A DNA stretch of 64,000 nucleotides from an uncultured Planctomycetales bacterium. GTDB taxonomy: Bacteria > Omnitrophota > Gorgyraeia > Zapsychrales > JANLHA01. Under the pieces are notes generated by a model, which was given only the letters and a program-made list of their open reading frames with translations, made no database searches and had not been told where the DNA came from. Made by a program: the position numbers and the translations under genes. Numbering within the stretch: position 1 is the first letter of the stretch; each line of letters begins with the position of its first letter. Shown in pieces: positions 29,836-39,021 of the stretch. The stretch covers positions 155,460 to 219,459 of the forward strand of contig CAZAXH010000001.1 in the NCBI GenBank assembly GCA_964489065.1. The letters are read 5' to 3'.

Positions 29836-31011
29836 TTATATTTCATCGTCCAACACGAGGTTCTTGATAATGACATCCCCCGCGGCCCATTCCGCGTCCC
29901 AGGCGGCGACAGGGGCTTCAAAAATAATTTGAAACAATGTCCCGGTCCGGTCATTGGCCACCAAAGAATGAAATATCCTGACCGGCTCCATCCCCGGCGA
30001 ATTCTCGACATATTGATAAAGGCAGCCCCAAAACGGCCCCTTCGGGCCATGCTCCCGCCTTTCAAGTTTATACCGGCTTTGAACTTCATCGGCCATGGCT
30101 TCCGCGAATTGCGACGGCAGAACACGGCCCTGCGGCTGCGTGGCGACATTTTGAAAAGATATAAATGTCAGGCCGGTTTGAAAATGGCCCTGCTCATCGG
30201 CATTTTCCTTGCTGACAGCCCAAATCTTTTTATCCCCCAGGTCCTGATGATTGACATGCCAGCCCTTCGGGGCAAGGATGGCGGCCTTGATCTCCTCCAT
30301 TTTGAGCCATTGAAACCCATTGGGCGGAGGGGGCAGTTGAGCCAGAAAAGAGTCAAGGGCCGTCGCGTCCCGTGCCGCTTGGGGCGACGGCTTAAGTTGC
30401 GATGCTTTCGGCGCGGCGCCCGCCTGCCCGCCTAACGATATCGTGATATCCTTCCCCTGGCTGTCTTTTAACCTGACGGAGAACTCTTCTATTTCAACGA
30501 TCTTGCAGCCGGCCACCTCATCACCGACGCCTGCCACTTCGCCGTTGATCACGGCCATGGCCGGGTCCCCCAAACTGACGCCTTCCAGCACCAATTTATT
30601 TTTAAAAAAGCCGGGGTCGCGCTTTTTAATTTCCGGCTTTTTAATTCCAGGTTTCTTTGCCGCAGATTCTTGATACGCCTTAACGACCTGGTCCATGGGA
30701 GGCCGGATAAAAATTTTCCCGTTCACGTCCAACACCGGCAATTCATAGCGCGAGGTGTCAAGCCCCGCCTTTTCCATGCGGCTATGCAAGACATCGGCCG
30801 TCGCCGGGTCGTCAATATCTTTCGAATAAGAGCGCATGCTCAAAGCGCTGATGTCCTGCCGGTATTTTTGGGTATATCCGCAGGCTTCCCGCCCGTAAAC
30901 CGCCACGTAAGGCGGCGGATAAAGCGGTTCTAGCTGGCTGCGGCTGCGGGCAAAATAATAAGCCCCGGCGCCGGCCGCGATAATAAGGATGCCGATAAAA
31001 ATATTTTTCAT
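29836..31011 (-). CDS. hypothetical membrane-anchored periplasmic protein with a GspB/PilP-like beta domain
   Basis: N-terminal TM. AVINGEVAGVGDEVAGCKIVEIEEFSVRL resembles the C-terminus of the 62455-63018 protein. Confidence 0.45.
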   Translation of the reverse strand: MKNIFIGILIIAAGAGAYYFARSRSQLEPLYPPPYVAVYGREACGYTQKYRQDISALSMRSYSKDIDDPATADVLHSRMEKAGLDTSRYELPVLDVNGKIFIRPPMDQVVKAYQESAAKKPGIKKPEIKKRDPGFFKNKLVLEGVSLGDPAMAVINGEVAGVGDEVAGCKIVEIEEFSVRLKDSQGKDITISLGGQAGAAPKASQLKPSPQAARDATALDSFLAQLPPPPNGFQWLKMEEIKAAILAPKGWHVNHQDLGDKKIWAVSKENADEQGHFQTGLTFISFQNVATQPQGRVLPSQFAEAMADEVQSRYKLERREHGPKGPFWGCLYQYVENSPGMEPVRIFHSLVANDRTGTLFQIIFEAPVAAWDAEWAAGDVIIKNLVLDDEI

Positions 31012-31026
31012 GGGTTCCTTTCGGGA

Positions 31027-32190
31027 TTACGGTTCGCTGATCTTGAACCAGATTGGATTCGAGCACAAAGAACCGGCATATTGGGCTTTGACATAAATGG
31101 TATCCGGCTCCTTCAATAATACGGGCATCCGCGACAGAACCGCCCCATGAAACCGCAGGATCAGGTTGCCGCCCCTCCGCTGGATTTCCTTAAGGTACGG
31201 CTCTTCTAAATCTTCTCGGAGGATTTCCCCGGTGAGCCGGTATTCATAAACGCCCTCCGGCTCAAGCGGCACCCGGTGCTCAACATCCTCCTCCCCCTGA
31301 ACAGGCCTCACGATAAAGGCCTTGTCCTTGCCGTCCGTCAGCCGCACCATGCGCCGCAGCACATCGCTTTCCTTAAACGCCAATTCAACCCGGCTCCCGC
31401 CCGCGTTATGCCACCGCAATGTCAGCGCGACCTGATCCCCCGCCTGATACGCGTCCTTATCGGCGGAAAGGCCCAGGGTTAACCCGGGCTGAAGGTTCCG
31501 GCAATAAAGTATGCCCGGCGAGGCCCCGAGAATACTTTGCAGGTTCGACACCTCGATCGGGAAATTGGAAGAAGGGCAATCCCGGCCGGCGCAACACGGC
31601 GCCGCTTCCGAGAGGATTTCCAGGGCGGTGACCGCCTCGTCACCCAAACGCTGATAAAATTCCCGCGCCAGCTTTTTATTTTTCTCATCGCCGCCCGAAT
31701 AAAAATCCAGTCGGTTGAACACGTCCATGGCCAGGCGACGCAGGGCGTAAACGCGGATCATTTCCTCCCCGCGGGCCAGGGCCTGCCGCATGTCCGGGAT
31801 TTTTTCCGCCTTTGTATACGGATAGGCCAGGACAAAAATATCGGTCCGGCGGTGATTCTCGAACACAAGCACCAGGCTGTCATCCTGCCCTAAAAACATA
31901 TTGGCGGCGATATTCTCCCGGTAGTTCTTCCGCATGATATCCTGCCCGGCAGAGGACACCAGAGAATATCTTGTGTAAAGGGTGTCTGTAAAATACCCGT
32001 CCCCACACCCGTAACTTTTCACTTTCTTCTCCTGATGAAGAGAATACGCCTCCCCCCGGGAGTTGGTGACGGTTCCGGCGTTAGATTGAACCAGGGTCAC
32101 CCGCACATCATAATACAGCCCCAGCATGTACGCGCATCCGCACGCGCCCAAGCAAACGGCGAGCAGCCAGGGGATTTTTCTTTTAATCAT
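31027..32190 (-). CDS. hypothetical lipoprotein; ATG overlaps the stop of the upstream 42-aa ORF (ATGA)
   Basis: MIKRKIPWLLAVCLGACGC lipobox. Confidence 0.5.
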   Translation of the reverse strand: MIKRKIPWLLAVCLGACGCAYMLGLYYDVRVTLVQSNAGTVTNSRGEAYSLHQEKKVKSYGCGDGYFTDTLYTRYSLVSSAGQDIMRKNYRENIAANMFLGQDDSLVLVFENHRRTDIFVLAYPYTKAEKIPDMRQALARGEEMIRVYALRRLAMDVFNRLDFYSGGDEKNKKLAREFYQRLGDEAVTALEILSEAAPCCAGRDCPSSNFPIEVSNLQSILGASPGILYCRNLQPGLTLGLSADKDAYQAGDQVALTLRWHNAGGSRVELAFKESDVLRRMVRLTDGKDKAFIVRPVQGEEDVEHRVPLEPEGVYEYRLTGEILREDLEEPYLKEIQRRGGNLILRFHGAVLSRMPVLLKEPDTIYVKAQYAGSLCSNPIWFKISEP

Positions 32191-32315
32191 GAATTAGACC
32201 TTTCAGGGGTGGACGAAATTTGGTTCTTAGGCTTCCCGTCCAAGGTAACCGTCGCAAGGCTGGACAACTGCGGTGTTTTTAACAAATCAATTACTTTTCG
32301 TTTAACGTCTGACAT
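32187..32315 (-). other. 42-aa ORF: duplicated 5' end of the PNPOx-family gene (27/29 aa identical) with 13 unrelated residues, translationally coupled to the downstream lipoprotein gene
   Basis: MSDVKRKVIDLLKTPQLSSLATVTLDGKP versus MSDVKRKVIELLKTPQLSSLATITLDGKP at 29698-29784. About 88% nt identity over about 95 nt including the CCTCC RBS. Differences are mostly synonymous. Confidence 0.6.
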
Positions 32316-32423
32316 GCCCCCCTCCTTGGTTTCCTATACCCGACACAAAATACTTCCCAGGGCCGCACAGGCGGCCGGCGGCCGAAGGTAGCGGAGCGCC
32401 CCTAATGTTGTTATAGGATTAGT

Positions 32424-33143
32424 CTATCTTTCTAAATCCTTAATATATTTTTTTGCCAGTTTATCGCATTCGGCTATTAACCGATTAGGAAAATTTTCTA
32501 GCCCGCTATCCGTAGAAGCATATATCAATGTAAAATTTTCAGGTAAGAAGAATTGAGTATCTATCGGCGATTCTCTTGAATTATATTTTTCAATATTTCC
32601 ATAATCTGAATCCACAATTATTGCAATCTTAAAATTGTCCCTATATTCCTTTTGATGAATGATATCCTTAATGAGTTCCCGCCAATTAGTCTTTTCAGTT
32701 ACATCGGGATTATTTTTAAAACAAATCGGACCCCTCATTAATAGTTCACGAGTCGATGGTTTGTATTTTACACAATAACATACAGAGATAAGGTCACCGT
32801 TGACTTCTTTCGAATTTGTATCTATTGCATATATATAGTCAAACTGGTTTAAATAATCGAGTGTTAAATCATTGGGATCTATAGATATATCATACAAAAT
32901 CTTTGGCCCCTTGCTTCTGTCATACCATTTTCTTAATAATGCTCGTAAAGGATGGGCTTTTATACCATTAGTTTTAAATTCTATTTTACCTTTTGGCCCA
33001 ATAGTCAATCCATTGATAACAGTTGGGGTTCCCATATCTACCGAAATGCTTTCGTGCCGCGATTTTTTATTCATACAACACTTTTTATATTTCATGCCAC
33101 TGCCACATGGGCACAATGCATTTTTATTTATTTGTTTATCCAT
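32424..33143 (-). CDS. SEC-C zinc-motif protein with C-terminal putative metal-dependent nuclease-like domain (low-GC island gene 3)
   Basis: N-terminal CPCGSGMKYKKCC SEC-C motif. Downstream strand/acidic pattern YIYAIDTN...IAIIVDSDYG...LIYASTDSG. AT-rich codon usage. Start is at ATG 33143 or GTG 33179. Confidence 0.55.
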   Translation of the reverse strand: MDKQINKNALCPCGSGMKYKKCCMNKKSRHESISVDMGTPTVINGLTIGPKGKIEFKTNGIKAHPLRALLRKWYDRSKGPKILYDISIDPNDLTLDYLNQFDYIYAIDTNSKEVNGDLISVCYCVKYKPSTRELLMRGPICFKNNPDVTEKTNWRELIKDIIHQKEYRDNFKIAIIVDSDYGNIEKYNSRESPIDTQFFLPENFTLIYASTDSGLENFPNRLIAECDKLAKKYIKDLER

Positions 33144-33214
33144 ATTTTGTCTATAACATCCAAGCTCACCTGCTGCCACACGCGCAGCGGGTGGCCGTCA
33201 GGTGAAGCGCGTTG

Positions 33215-33766
33215 TTATGAGTCACTTTCAAAACCTATTATATTTTTATAATTTTTTACCATGTCACAAACGACAAACAAAATCAAAATTACGCCAAGAA
33301 AATGAGGTATCTTCAAACCAACTCCAACACCTATTGCTCCCGCCAAAAGATTACCCAAAGTTCCGATTAGCCATCTATGTAATGTATAAGAAGCAATTTT
33401 ATTCTTGGCTCCTATATATTCAACGTCATTAATATTTTCAATTCTTTCTGGAATCCTCATAATAGCGGTCCAGGTCTGCCATTTTGATGCTAATTTAAAA
33501 GTCAACCAACCTGCAATCAATTCTGGTTTCCCACAAGCAAAAGAAATATAAGAAAACAATGCCTCAAATATTCCTAATATCTGATTAGTTTTAATTGTAT
33601 ATTCGAATGCTTCTTCCCATATTTTGGGGTCAATATTACTTGGAGGATGAAAATTCTTAACTTTCTCAATTTTTTTCATCAACCAGTTTACGGCTCTAGA
33701 AGCAAACCACATAGCGCACAACCCAAACACAAAATTCCATAATTGAAAAATATCTTCAAGTTTCAT
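33215..33766 (-). CDS. hypothetical multi-pass membrane protein (low-GC island gene 2)
   Basis: 4-5 predicted TM helices. GAGGGAAG RBS. Confidence 0.55.
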   Translation of the reverse strand: MKLEDIFQLWNFVFGLCAMWFASRAVNWLMKKIEKVKNFHPPSNIDPKIWEEAFEYTIKTNQILGIFEALFSYISFACGKPELIAGWLTFKLASKWQTWTAIMRIPERIENINDVEYIGAKNKIASYTLHRWLIGTLGNLLAGAIGVGVGLKIPHFLGVILILFVVCDMVKNYKNIIGFESDS

Positions 33767-33816
33767 TATTCACTTCCCTCATAACGCAAAGTTCACTCGC
33801 CAGAAGCCGTGTCCAG

Positions 33817-34449
33817 TCAGGCGCGGGTTCCGGTCGAGTGTAACGGCTCGTTAGGTCTTATTATTACGGTTTCACAGTTCAGGCTGACATCATTTTTCTT
33901 ATATGAACCTAATCCAATGCCGCTCAGCAACCATTTAGTAGTGCTTTTATCTAATGGAGTGCCTCTGCCTTTGAAACCACGCAAATCACCAAATGGTTTA
34001 AATCCAGCTGTCTTATCAAGTTCTTTATTCATTGATTCCGCATAATCGAGAACATCTGAAATTGCCCTTCGTATGTTGGCATCCGATACATTTTTCCCAT
34101 GAATAACTTTATCTCGAATTCTTTCGGCCTCTTTAATTAGAGAAGTTGTTTCTTTGGGTAATTGAGAACCAAATATATTTTTGTATAATTCTAGAAATCC
34201 TTCACGCGTCATATGGTGTGAATTAATAATATTCGAGGCAATTTCAGCGTGGGCACGATGCAATTTTACTACTCCACAATATATTGTTCTGTTTTGAGCC
34301 TTTTCTGTTTGAAGAAAGATGTATGCTAAGTTTACCTCGTAAGGACAATTTTGTATCAAATTTGGTAGGTGTTCAAAAAAAAATTTTACATCTTCTGTGC
34401 ACGACTCATATTTCTTAAGAATTCCTTTATAAGATGCTGGATCAGTCAT
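33817..34449 (-). CDS. hypothetical protein with HEPN-like Rx4HG motif (low-GC island gene 1)
   Basis: EAERIRDKVIHGKN matches the Rx4-6H HEPN catalytic motif in a helical context. GGAG RBS before ATG 34449. TATAAT-containing promoter-like AT-rich region upstream, around 34560-34590. Confidence 0.5.
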   Translation of the reverse strand: MTDPASYKGILKKYESCTEDVKFFFEHLPNLIQNCPYEVNLAYIFLQTEKAQNRTIYCGVVKLHRAHAEIASNIINSHHMTREGFLELYKNIFGSQLPKETTSLIKEAERIRDKVIHGKNVSDANIRRAISDVLDYAESMNKELDKTAGFKPFGDLRGFKGRGTPLDKSTTKWLLSGIGLGSYKKNDVSLNCETVIIRPNEPLHSTGTRA

Positions 34450-34789
34450 AAATTGTTTCTCCGAACAATTCTTTAACGCCCCATCCATTTGCTGGTAAGC
34501 TTTGTTGCTTAGCGCTGGAATAATTTAATTTTTGCCCTGATTTTTTATTATTATAGCCCTGTTTTTTATAAAATGGTATCCATTTGCCCTGTAATATCAC
34601 TTATACGGAACGTCGTATATCAGGGGTTTTTGTTCATGTCCTGTATCAAATCATAAAGTCAGTCTTTGGAAAGCTGAAAAAAGTTATTTTTATTATACTT
34701 CAATTTATCAAAAAATCCCCGCTTTAACCCCATTTTCTAAACATCAGGGCCGCCTTCCTTATTATTAATATTCGTCGTCCGGGATAAGC

Positions 34790-35359
34790 TCACGCGCCCA
34801 GGCAGAAGACATACCACACGCCGGCGGCGATGTGGGTGCCGTTTTCTTGCTCGCGCAGAAGGGAAGCTTTGATGTCGTGCTTTGGGATAAGCAGGACTTC
34901 GATCTCTTCGGAAGGGTCAAGCTCCTGAAGGGGGTTCTGATTGCGGGGATCGTTTTCATCCACGTCAACGGTGATGACCTGGCAGTCCTCATCCGTGATG
35001 CCGATCGTGGTCTTTAAAACCGGGCTCGCGCTGGTCAGCCGCCCGGTAAACCCGGTTTCTTCCTTCAGCTCCCGCAGGACATGGGTAGCGTCCGAGTACG
35101 ACACGCCGGCCGGGAACCCGATCACAAAACCGTTCAACGCCTGCCGGAACTGTTTGATCAGGATATAACGCTGTGAAGGCATCAGCCGGGCGACCGCCAC
35201 GACGGTCAGGCCTTTTTCCCGGCGCGCCACGCTTTCCCAGAAAACCTCCTCGCCTTTCGCGTTGACGAAGACGGACCTCAAAAATATCAGCCAGCGGCCT
35301 TCACACAGAATCTCTTCTTTTATTTTTCGCACAGCGGATTCTCCCGCGGTTGAACACAA
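34790..35359 (-). CDS. NUDIX hydrolase
   Basis: Nudix box GFPAGVSYSDATHVLRELKEETGF. Confidence 0.8.
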   Translation of the reverse strand: MCSTAGESAVRKIKEEILCEGRWLIFLRSVFVNAKGEEVFWESVARREKGLTVVAVARLMPSQRYILIKQFRQALNGFVIGFPAGVSYSDATHVLRELKEETGFTGRLTSASPVLKTTIGITDEDCQVITVDVDENDPRNQNPLQELDPSEEIEVLLIPKHDIKASLLREQENGTHIAAGVWYVFCLGA

Positions 35360-35362
35360 AAA

Positions 35363-35818
35363 TCAAAACACGCCCGTCAGGCCTAACACCCCCACCACCC
35401 CAAACATCCCTCCGACAATAAAAAGAATCATAATCCCACCCATTTTCCCCGGCTCGAGAACCGCTTCTTCCGGCTGATCCGGGTTATAATAAACAACGAC
35501 TTCCGCTCCCGGGGGATAACGGTCAACCGTGGCTTGGGCCGGCCCGCGGCTATGCGTGCGGTATTCGCCGAAGGAGATTTTATCGGACGAATATTGAACA
35601 CCATTGACGGTGTATTCATACCTGACATTCGCGCCGTAGGTCGTCCTGTGGTGCCCTTTCTTCGAGCGGGAACGGTGGGCCGTCACCTCGGAAGAGACCA
35701 CGCTCCCCTGCGTTGTCGGCCAGCTCTTGCTGGCCTGGGACTTCACATAAGACAGATAGCCCAGATAAACGATGCCTCCGCCGATAACGGCGAACAATGA
35801 AAAGATTAACGTTTCCAT
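35363..35818 (-). CDS. DUF3592-like membrane protein
   Basis: TM - beta-rich domain - TM. Basic stretch HRSRSKKGHHRTTY typical of DUF3592. Confidence 0.5.
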   Translation of the reverse strand: METLIFSLFAVIGGGIVYLGYLSYVKSQASKSWPTTQGSVVSSEVTAHRSRSKKGHHRTTYGANVRYEYTVNGVQYSSDKISFGEYRTHSRGPAQATVDRYPPGAEVVVYYNPDQPEEAVLEPGKMGGIMILFIVGGMFGVVGVLGLTGVF

Positions 35819-35927
35819 GCTCTGCTCCCTGATTCAAACCCAGCCGTATTATATGCCCGGGGGGAAGACTCCGCCATAGAAATCAAGGAAGATCCGCTCC
35901 TCCAAGCCCTTTGGGCCCGCTAAATTT

Positions 35928-36056
35928 TTAAATTAAATCCGCGAATATGATCCCCAAAGACCTGTTCTCCCCGTCCCAATCCTGGAGGGGGCCCCGTTCT
36001 CCTAAAGCGTACCCCGCCCAGAGGAAAATCGCGTAGCACAGCGCCAGTTTATCCAT
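35928..36056 (-). CDS. small ORF (42 aa), hydrophobic N-terminus; absent from the ORF track
   Basis: GGGAGGAG sits 3 nt upstream of the ATG. MDKLALCYAIFLWAGYALGERGPLQDWDGENRSLGIIFADLI. Confidence 0.3.
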   Translation of the reverse strand: MDKLALCYAIFLWAGYALGERGPLQDWDGENRSLGIIFADLI

Positions 36057-36181
36057 GGTCTCCTCCCTGCCGAAGGCCCCGTTTACAGTACACCATCTTC
36101 AACCGGCCGCCGGCGCCGCGCCGCAACCCAACCGGCGCCCGCCGCAGTTTATCGCTTCGTCCGCCGCCAATCCGCGGCGAC

Positions 36182-36217
36182 AAAAAAAACCCGCTGTTCC
36201 TTTTTAAACAGCAGGCT
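36182..36217 (-). terminator. rho-independent terminator downstream of the YceI-like gene
   Basis: On the minus strand, GCCUGCUGUUUAAAAAGGAACAGCGGG stem-loop followed by UUUUUUUU. Confidence 0.55.
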
Positions 36218-36363
36218 CCTTCACGCGATTCGCTTTACGCTTGATGGCAGCTGGCTGTCCGTGTCTGAAGGACCCTCTAGCTTTGTGTCCCACCCTTACG
36301 GATGGTTTACCTTTTCATCAAAACGAAACTACTCCAGAGTATACAATTCCCGCCCGCCCCGTG

Positions 36364-37026
36364 TCAAGGCACAGAGGCGGCCGGAGCCGCTGCCGGCTTG
36401 CTGACCGCCGTGATCTCCCAATCCACGGTCAGGTGGTTGCCCACCACGATTCCGGCCTTATCCAGAAAACGGTGCCAATACATATTGTAGTCTTTACGGG
36501 CGATCACCCATTCGCCTCTGGCCAGGATACGCTTCCGGTCCCGCTGGGGAAACGGCCCTTCCGCCGTAAAAGGGAACGTGATTTCCCGGGTTACGCCGTG
36601 CAATGCCAGTTCCCCGGTCACGCTGTACTCATCTTTTTTGTCCGTCGGTGTGATCGATTTGCTCTTAAACAGGGTTCGCGGGTATTTCTCCACATGCAGA
36701 ATCCGGGGAGAAAGAATAATCCTGTCCAGGGACTTATAAGAAGAACAGAGCGAGCGGTTATCAATCCGCAAATTCACGCCGGTCAACTGCTTTTTCGCCG
36801 GATCGAAATAAAGCTCGCCCTCAAATTTCTCGAACTTGGCCTGATACCGGCCTATGACCGAATATTTAATTGAGCCCTCGATCCGGGACTGAACATGATC
36901 AATGCTGTATTCCTCCTGGCCCGCCGCAGACACCACGCGGGTTAGAAAAAACACGGCAGCCAAGGCCGCCGCGGCCGCGCATACGGCCGGGCGCGGACCA
37001 AAAAACCGCCGCTGTCCTCCCTCCAT
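36364..37026 (-). CDS. YceI-like periplasmic polyisoprenoid-binding family protein
   Basis: Signal peptide. YceI-like beta-barrel motifs (HGVTREITFPF). Confidence 0.7.
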   Translation of the reverse strand: MEGGQRRFFGPRPAVCAAAAALAAVFFLTRVVSAAGQEEYSIDHVQSRIEGSIKYSVIGRYQAKFEKFEGELYFDPAKKQLTGVNLRIDNRSLCSSYKSLDRIILSPRILHVEKYPRTLFKSKSITPTDKKDEYSVTGELALHGVTREITFPFTAEGPFPQRDRKRILARGEWVIARKDYNMYWHRFLDKAGIVVGNHLTVDWEITAVSKPAAAPAASVP

Positions 37027-37060
37027 TATCTTGTCCGTCCTCGCGCGCATGCGATAATCC

Positions 37061-38104
37061 TCAAAAACAGTTCTGCCCCTTTTGCCTCCGGCAGGGGCCG
37101 TCGCACCGGTAACAAATCTCGTTCTCGATAAACCCGCCTTTTAAAAAGATGTTTATGTTCCGCAACGTCGTTTCAGCGATATTCGTCAGGGCCTCCCGGG
37201 TGAAGAACCCCTGGTGCGAAGTGATCAAAACATTGGGGAACGTCAACAGCCGCGCCAGGACATCATCGCCGATCATCGACATGGAAAAATCCTCAAAAAA
37301 ATATTCGCTCTCTTCCTCGTAAACGTCAAGCCCGGCCGCGCCGATCTTGCCTTTCTTCAGGCCGTTGATCAGGGCCCCTGTCTTGATCAGCTTGCCCCGG
37401 CCAGTGTTAATGAGCATCACCCCGTCTTTCATCCGGCTGATGCTCTCCTCGTTGATCATGTGCTGTGTCTCCGCGGTCAGGGGGCAATGCAGGGAAATAA
37501 CGTCCGCCCGTTGGTAAAGCTCCGGCAGGTCGACGTAGGAAACGTCTTCCATGGCCTTCAGCGATTCATCAGGGCGCACGTCATAAACCAGGATCTTCAT
37601 CCCGATGCCCCGCAGGATATGAATCAGGCATTTCCCGATCTTCCCCGTGCCGATGATCCCGGCGGTTTTCCCGTGCATATCAAACCCCAGAAGCCCGTTG
37701 ATCGAAAAATTGCCGTCCCGCGTGCGGAAATAGGCCTTATGGGTCTTCCGGTTCAGCGTGAGCATCAGGGCCGCGGCGTGCTCGGCCACCGCGTACGGCG
37801 AATACCCCGGCACCCGCACCACATGGATGCGGCCGAACGCCGACCGGAGGTCCACGTTATTATACCCCGCGCAGCGCAGGGCGATCAGCTCGACGCCGTT
37901 TTTCTTGAGTATATCCAGGGTCGCGGCGTCCAGCACATCGTTCACGAATGCGCAGACCGTTGGATATCCGGCCGCGAACTCCGCGGTCTCCCGTGTCAAA
38001 TGCGTTTTAAGATAATGAATATCAAAATTATACCCCTCATTCGCCCGGGTAAAAAATTCCTTATCATAAGGCTTGGTGTCAAAAAAAAGCACTTTTGCGT
38101 TCAT
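37061..38104 (-). CDS. ldhA: D-isomer-specific 2-hydroxyacid dehydrogenase (D-lactate dehydrogenase-like)
   Basis: NAD-binding GIIGTGKIG. Catalytic R/E/H region. LdhA-like N-terminus MNAKVLFFDTKPYDKEFF. Confidence 0.85.
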   Translation of the reverse strand: MNAKVLFFDTKPYDKEFFTRANEGYNFDIHYLKTHLTRETAEFAAGYPTVCAFVNDVLDAATLDILKKNGVELIALRCAGYNNVDLRSAFGRIHVVRVPGYSPYAVAEHAAALMLTLNRKTHKAYFRTRDGNFSINGLLGFDMHGKTAGIIGTGKIGKCLIHILRGIGMKILVYDVRPDESLKAMEDVSYVDLPELYQRADVISLHCPLTAETQHMINEESISRMKDGVMLINTGRGKLIKTGALINGLKKGKIGAAGLDVYEEESEYFFEDFSMSMIGDDVLARLLTFPNVLITSHQGFFTREALTNIAETTLRNINIFLKGGFIENEICYRCDGPCRRQKGQNCF

Positions 38105-38317
38105 GTTGCCCCTCCTCTTTAACAGGAAGTCGGTTAAAACTCAAATTCCTTACAATACAAAAGGAAACCTATCGCCGGCTTATACAATCAAAAAGGACAG
38201 GGGCTTTCTTATGGACTTAAAAACCATAAGCGCCGCCTGTCCCTCAAGAAACATCCTTCTCCACCAGCAGGAAACCCAATGGGCAGCAACCCCGTCCGTC
38301 TGGTTGTCGGACCGGAA

Positions 38318-39010
38318 TTATTTCACGGGCGCTTTGCGCACGTTACGGATACGCAAAGCCTGAAGCGTCAGTTGCCCGTCCTTGTTTTCCACCGCCACGT
38401 CCACGCCCAGCAGCTCGCCGCTGTCCGCGTCCTTAAATTCCCCGCGGCAGTTATAAAAAATCCCCAGCCGCCGGACTTCCGCTTTCAGTTCGAGGAGAAG
38501 CAGGTTGCGCATCCTGGCCGCGTCCTCGTCAAACAGCATAATTTTGCCGTCGCTGAACTGGCCCTGCTTTTCAAGAGATTGGCGCATGAAGTCCCGGATT
38601 TCATCATCGCTGTAAGTCTTATCCTTCAGCGATTCGTCCTGCTTAAGCGCCTTCACGGATTTAATCCTGATGTCCCGGGCCTTATAGCCGTCACCCTCGG
38701 CGGCCAAGACAACTTCAAGCGTCACAATATCGCCGTTGTTCATGTCCCGGTAATCCGCCAGAACCGTGTACACGCCGTCCGCCTCGCTCACCTCATCCGA
38801 AACGTCGATCCGCTGCAGGTTCCTGACCTCGTTGAGGCCCGCGTCATAAATATCCAATGTCCCGCTTTGAATCGTCTTCTCTCTTAACGCCGTCTGCGCG
38901 GCTTCCAGCACCGCCGCGTTGGCGGAAGCCGCGGGCTGGGCGGACAAGCCGCCGGCCGTCACCAAAACAAGCACCGCGCCCACACAACAAGCCATCACTG
39001 TCTTCATCAT
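38318..39010 (-). CDS. hypothetical secreted protein
   Basis: AAGGAG RBS before MMKTVMACCVGAVLVLV signal peptide. Confidence 0.5.
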   Translation of the reverse strand: MMKTVMACCVGAVLVLVTAGGLSAQPAASANAAVLEAAQTALREKTIQSGTLDIYDAGLNEVRNLQRIDVSDEVSEADGVYTVLADYRDMNNGDIVTLEVVLAAEGDGYKARDIRIKSVKALKQDESLKDKTYSDDEIRDFMRQSLEKQGQFSDGKIMLFDEDAARMRNLLLLELKAEVRRLGIFYNCRGEFKDADSGELLGVDVAVENKDGQLTLQALRIRNVRKAPVK

Positions 39011-39021
39011 TTCTCCTTTAC

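Noticed and set aside
32400-34750. Low-GC island as a prophage or integrative element
   Set aside because: There is no integrase, recombinase, transposase, tRNA or phage structural gene in or next to it. It is better described as a small acquired cassette.
36241-36873. 210-aa plus-strand ORF
   Set aside because: It overlaps the YceI-like gene antisense and runs through the terminator at 36182-36217.
37214-38122. 302-aa plus-strand ORF
   Set aside because: It is antisense to the D-lactate-dehydrogenase gene and its composition is low-complexity and Arg/Pro/His-rich, typical of GC-rich antisense frames.
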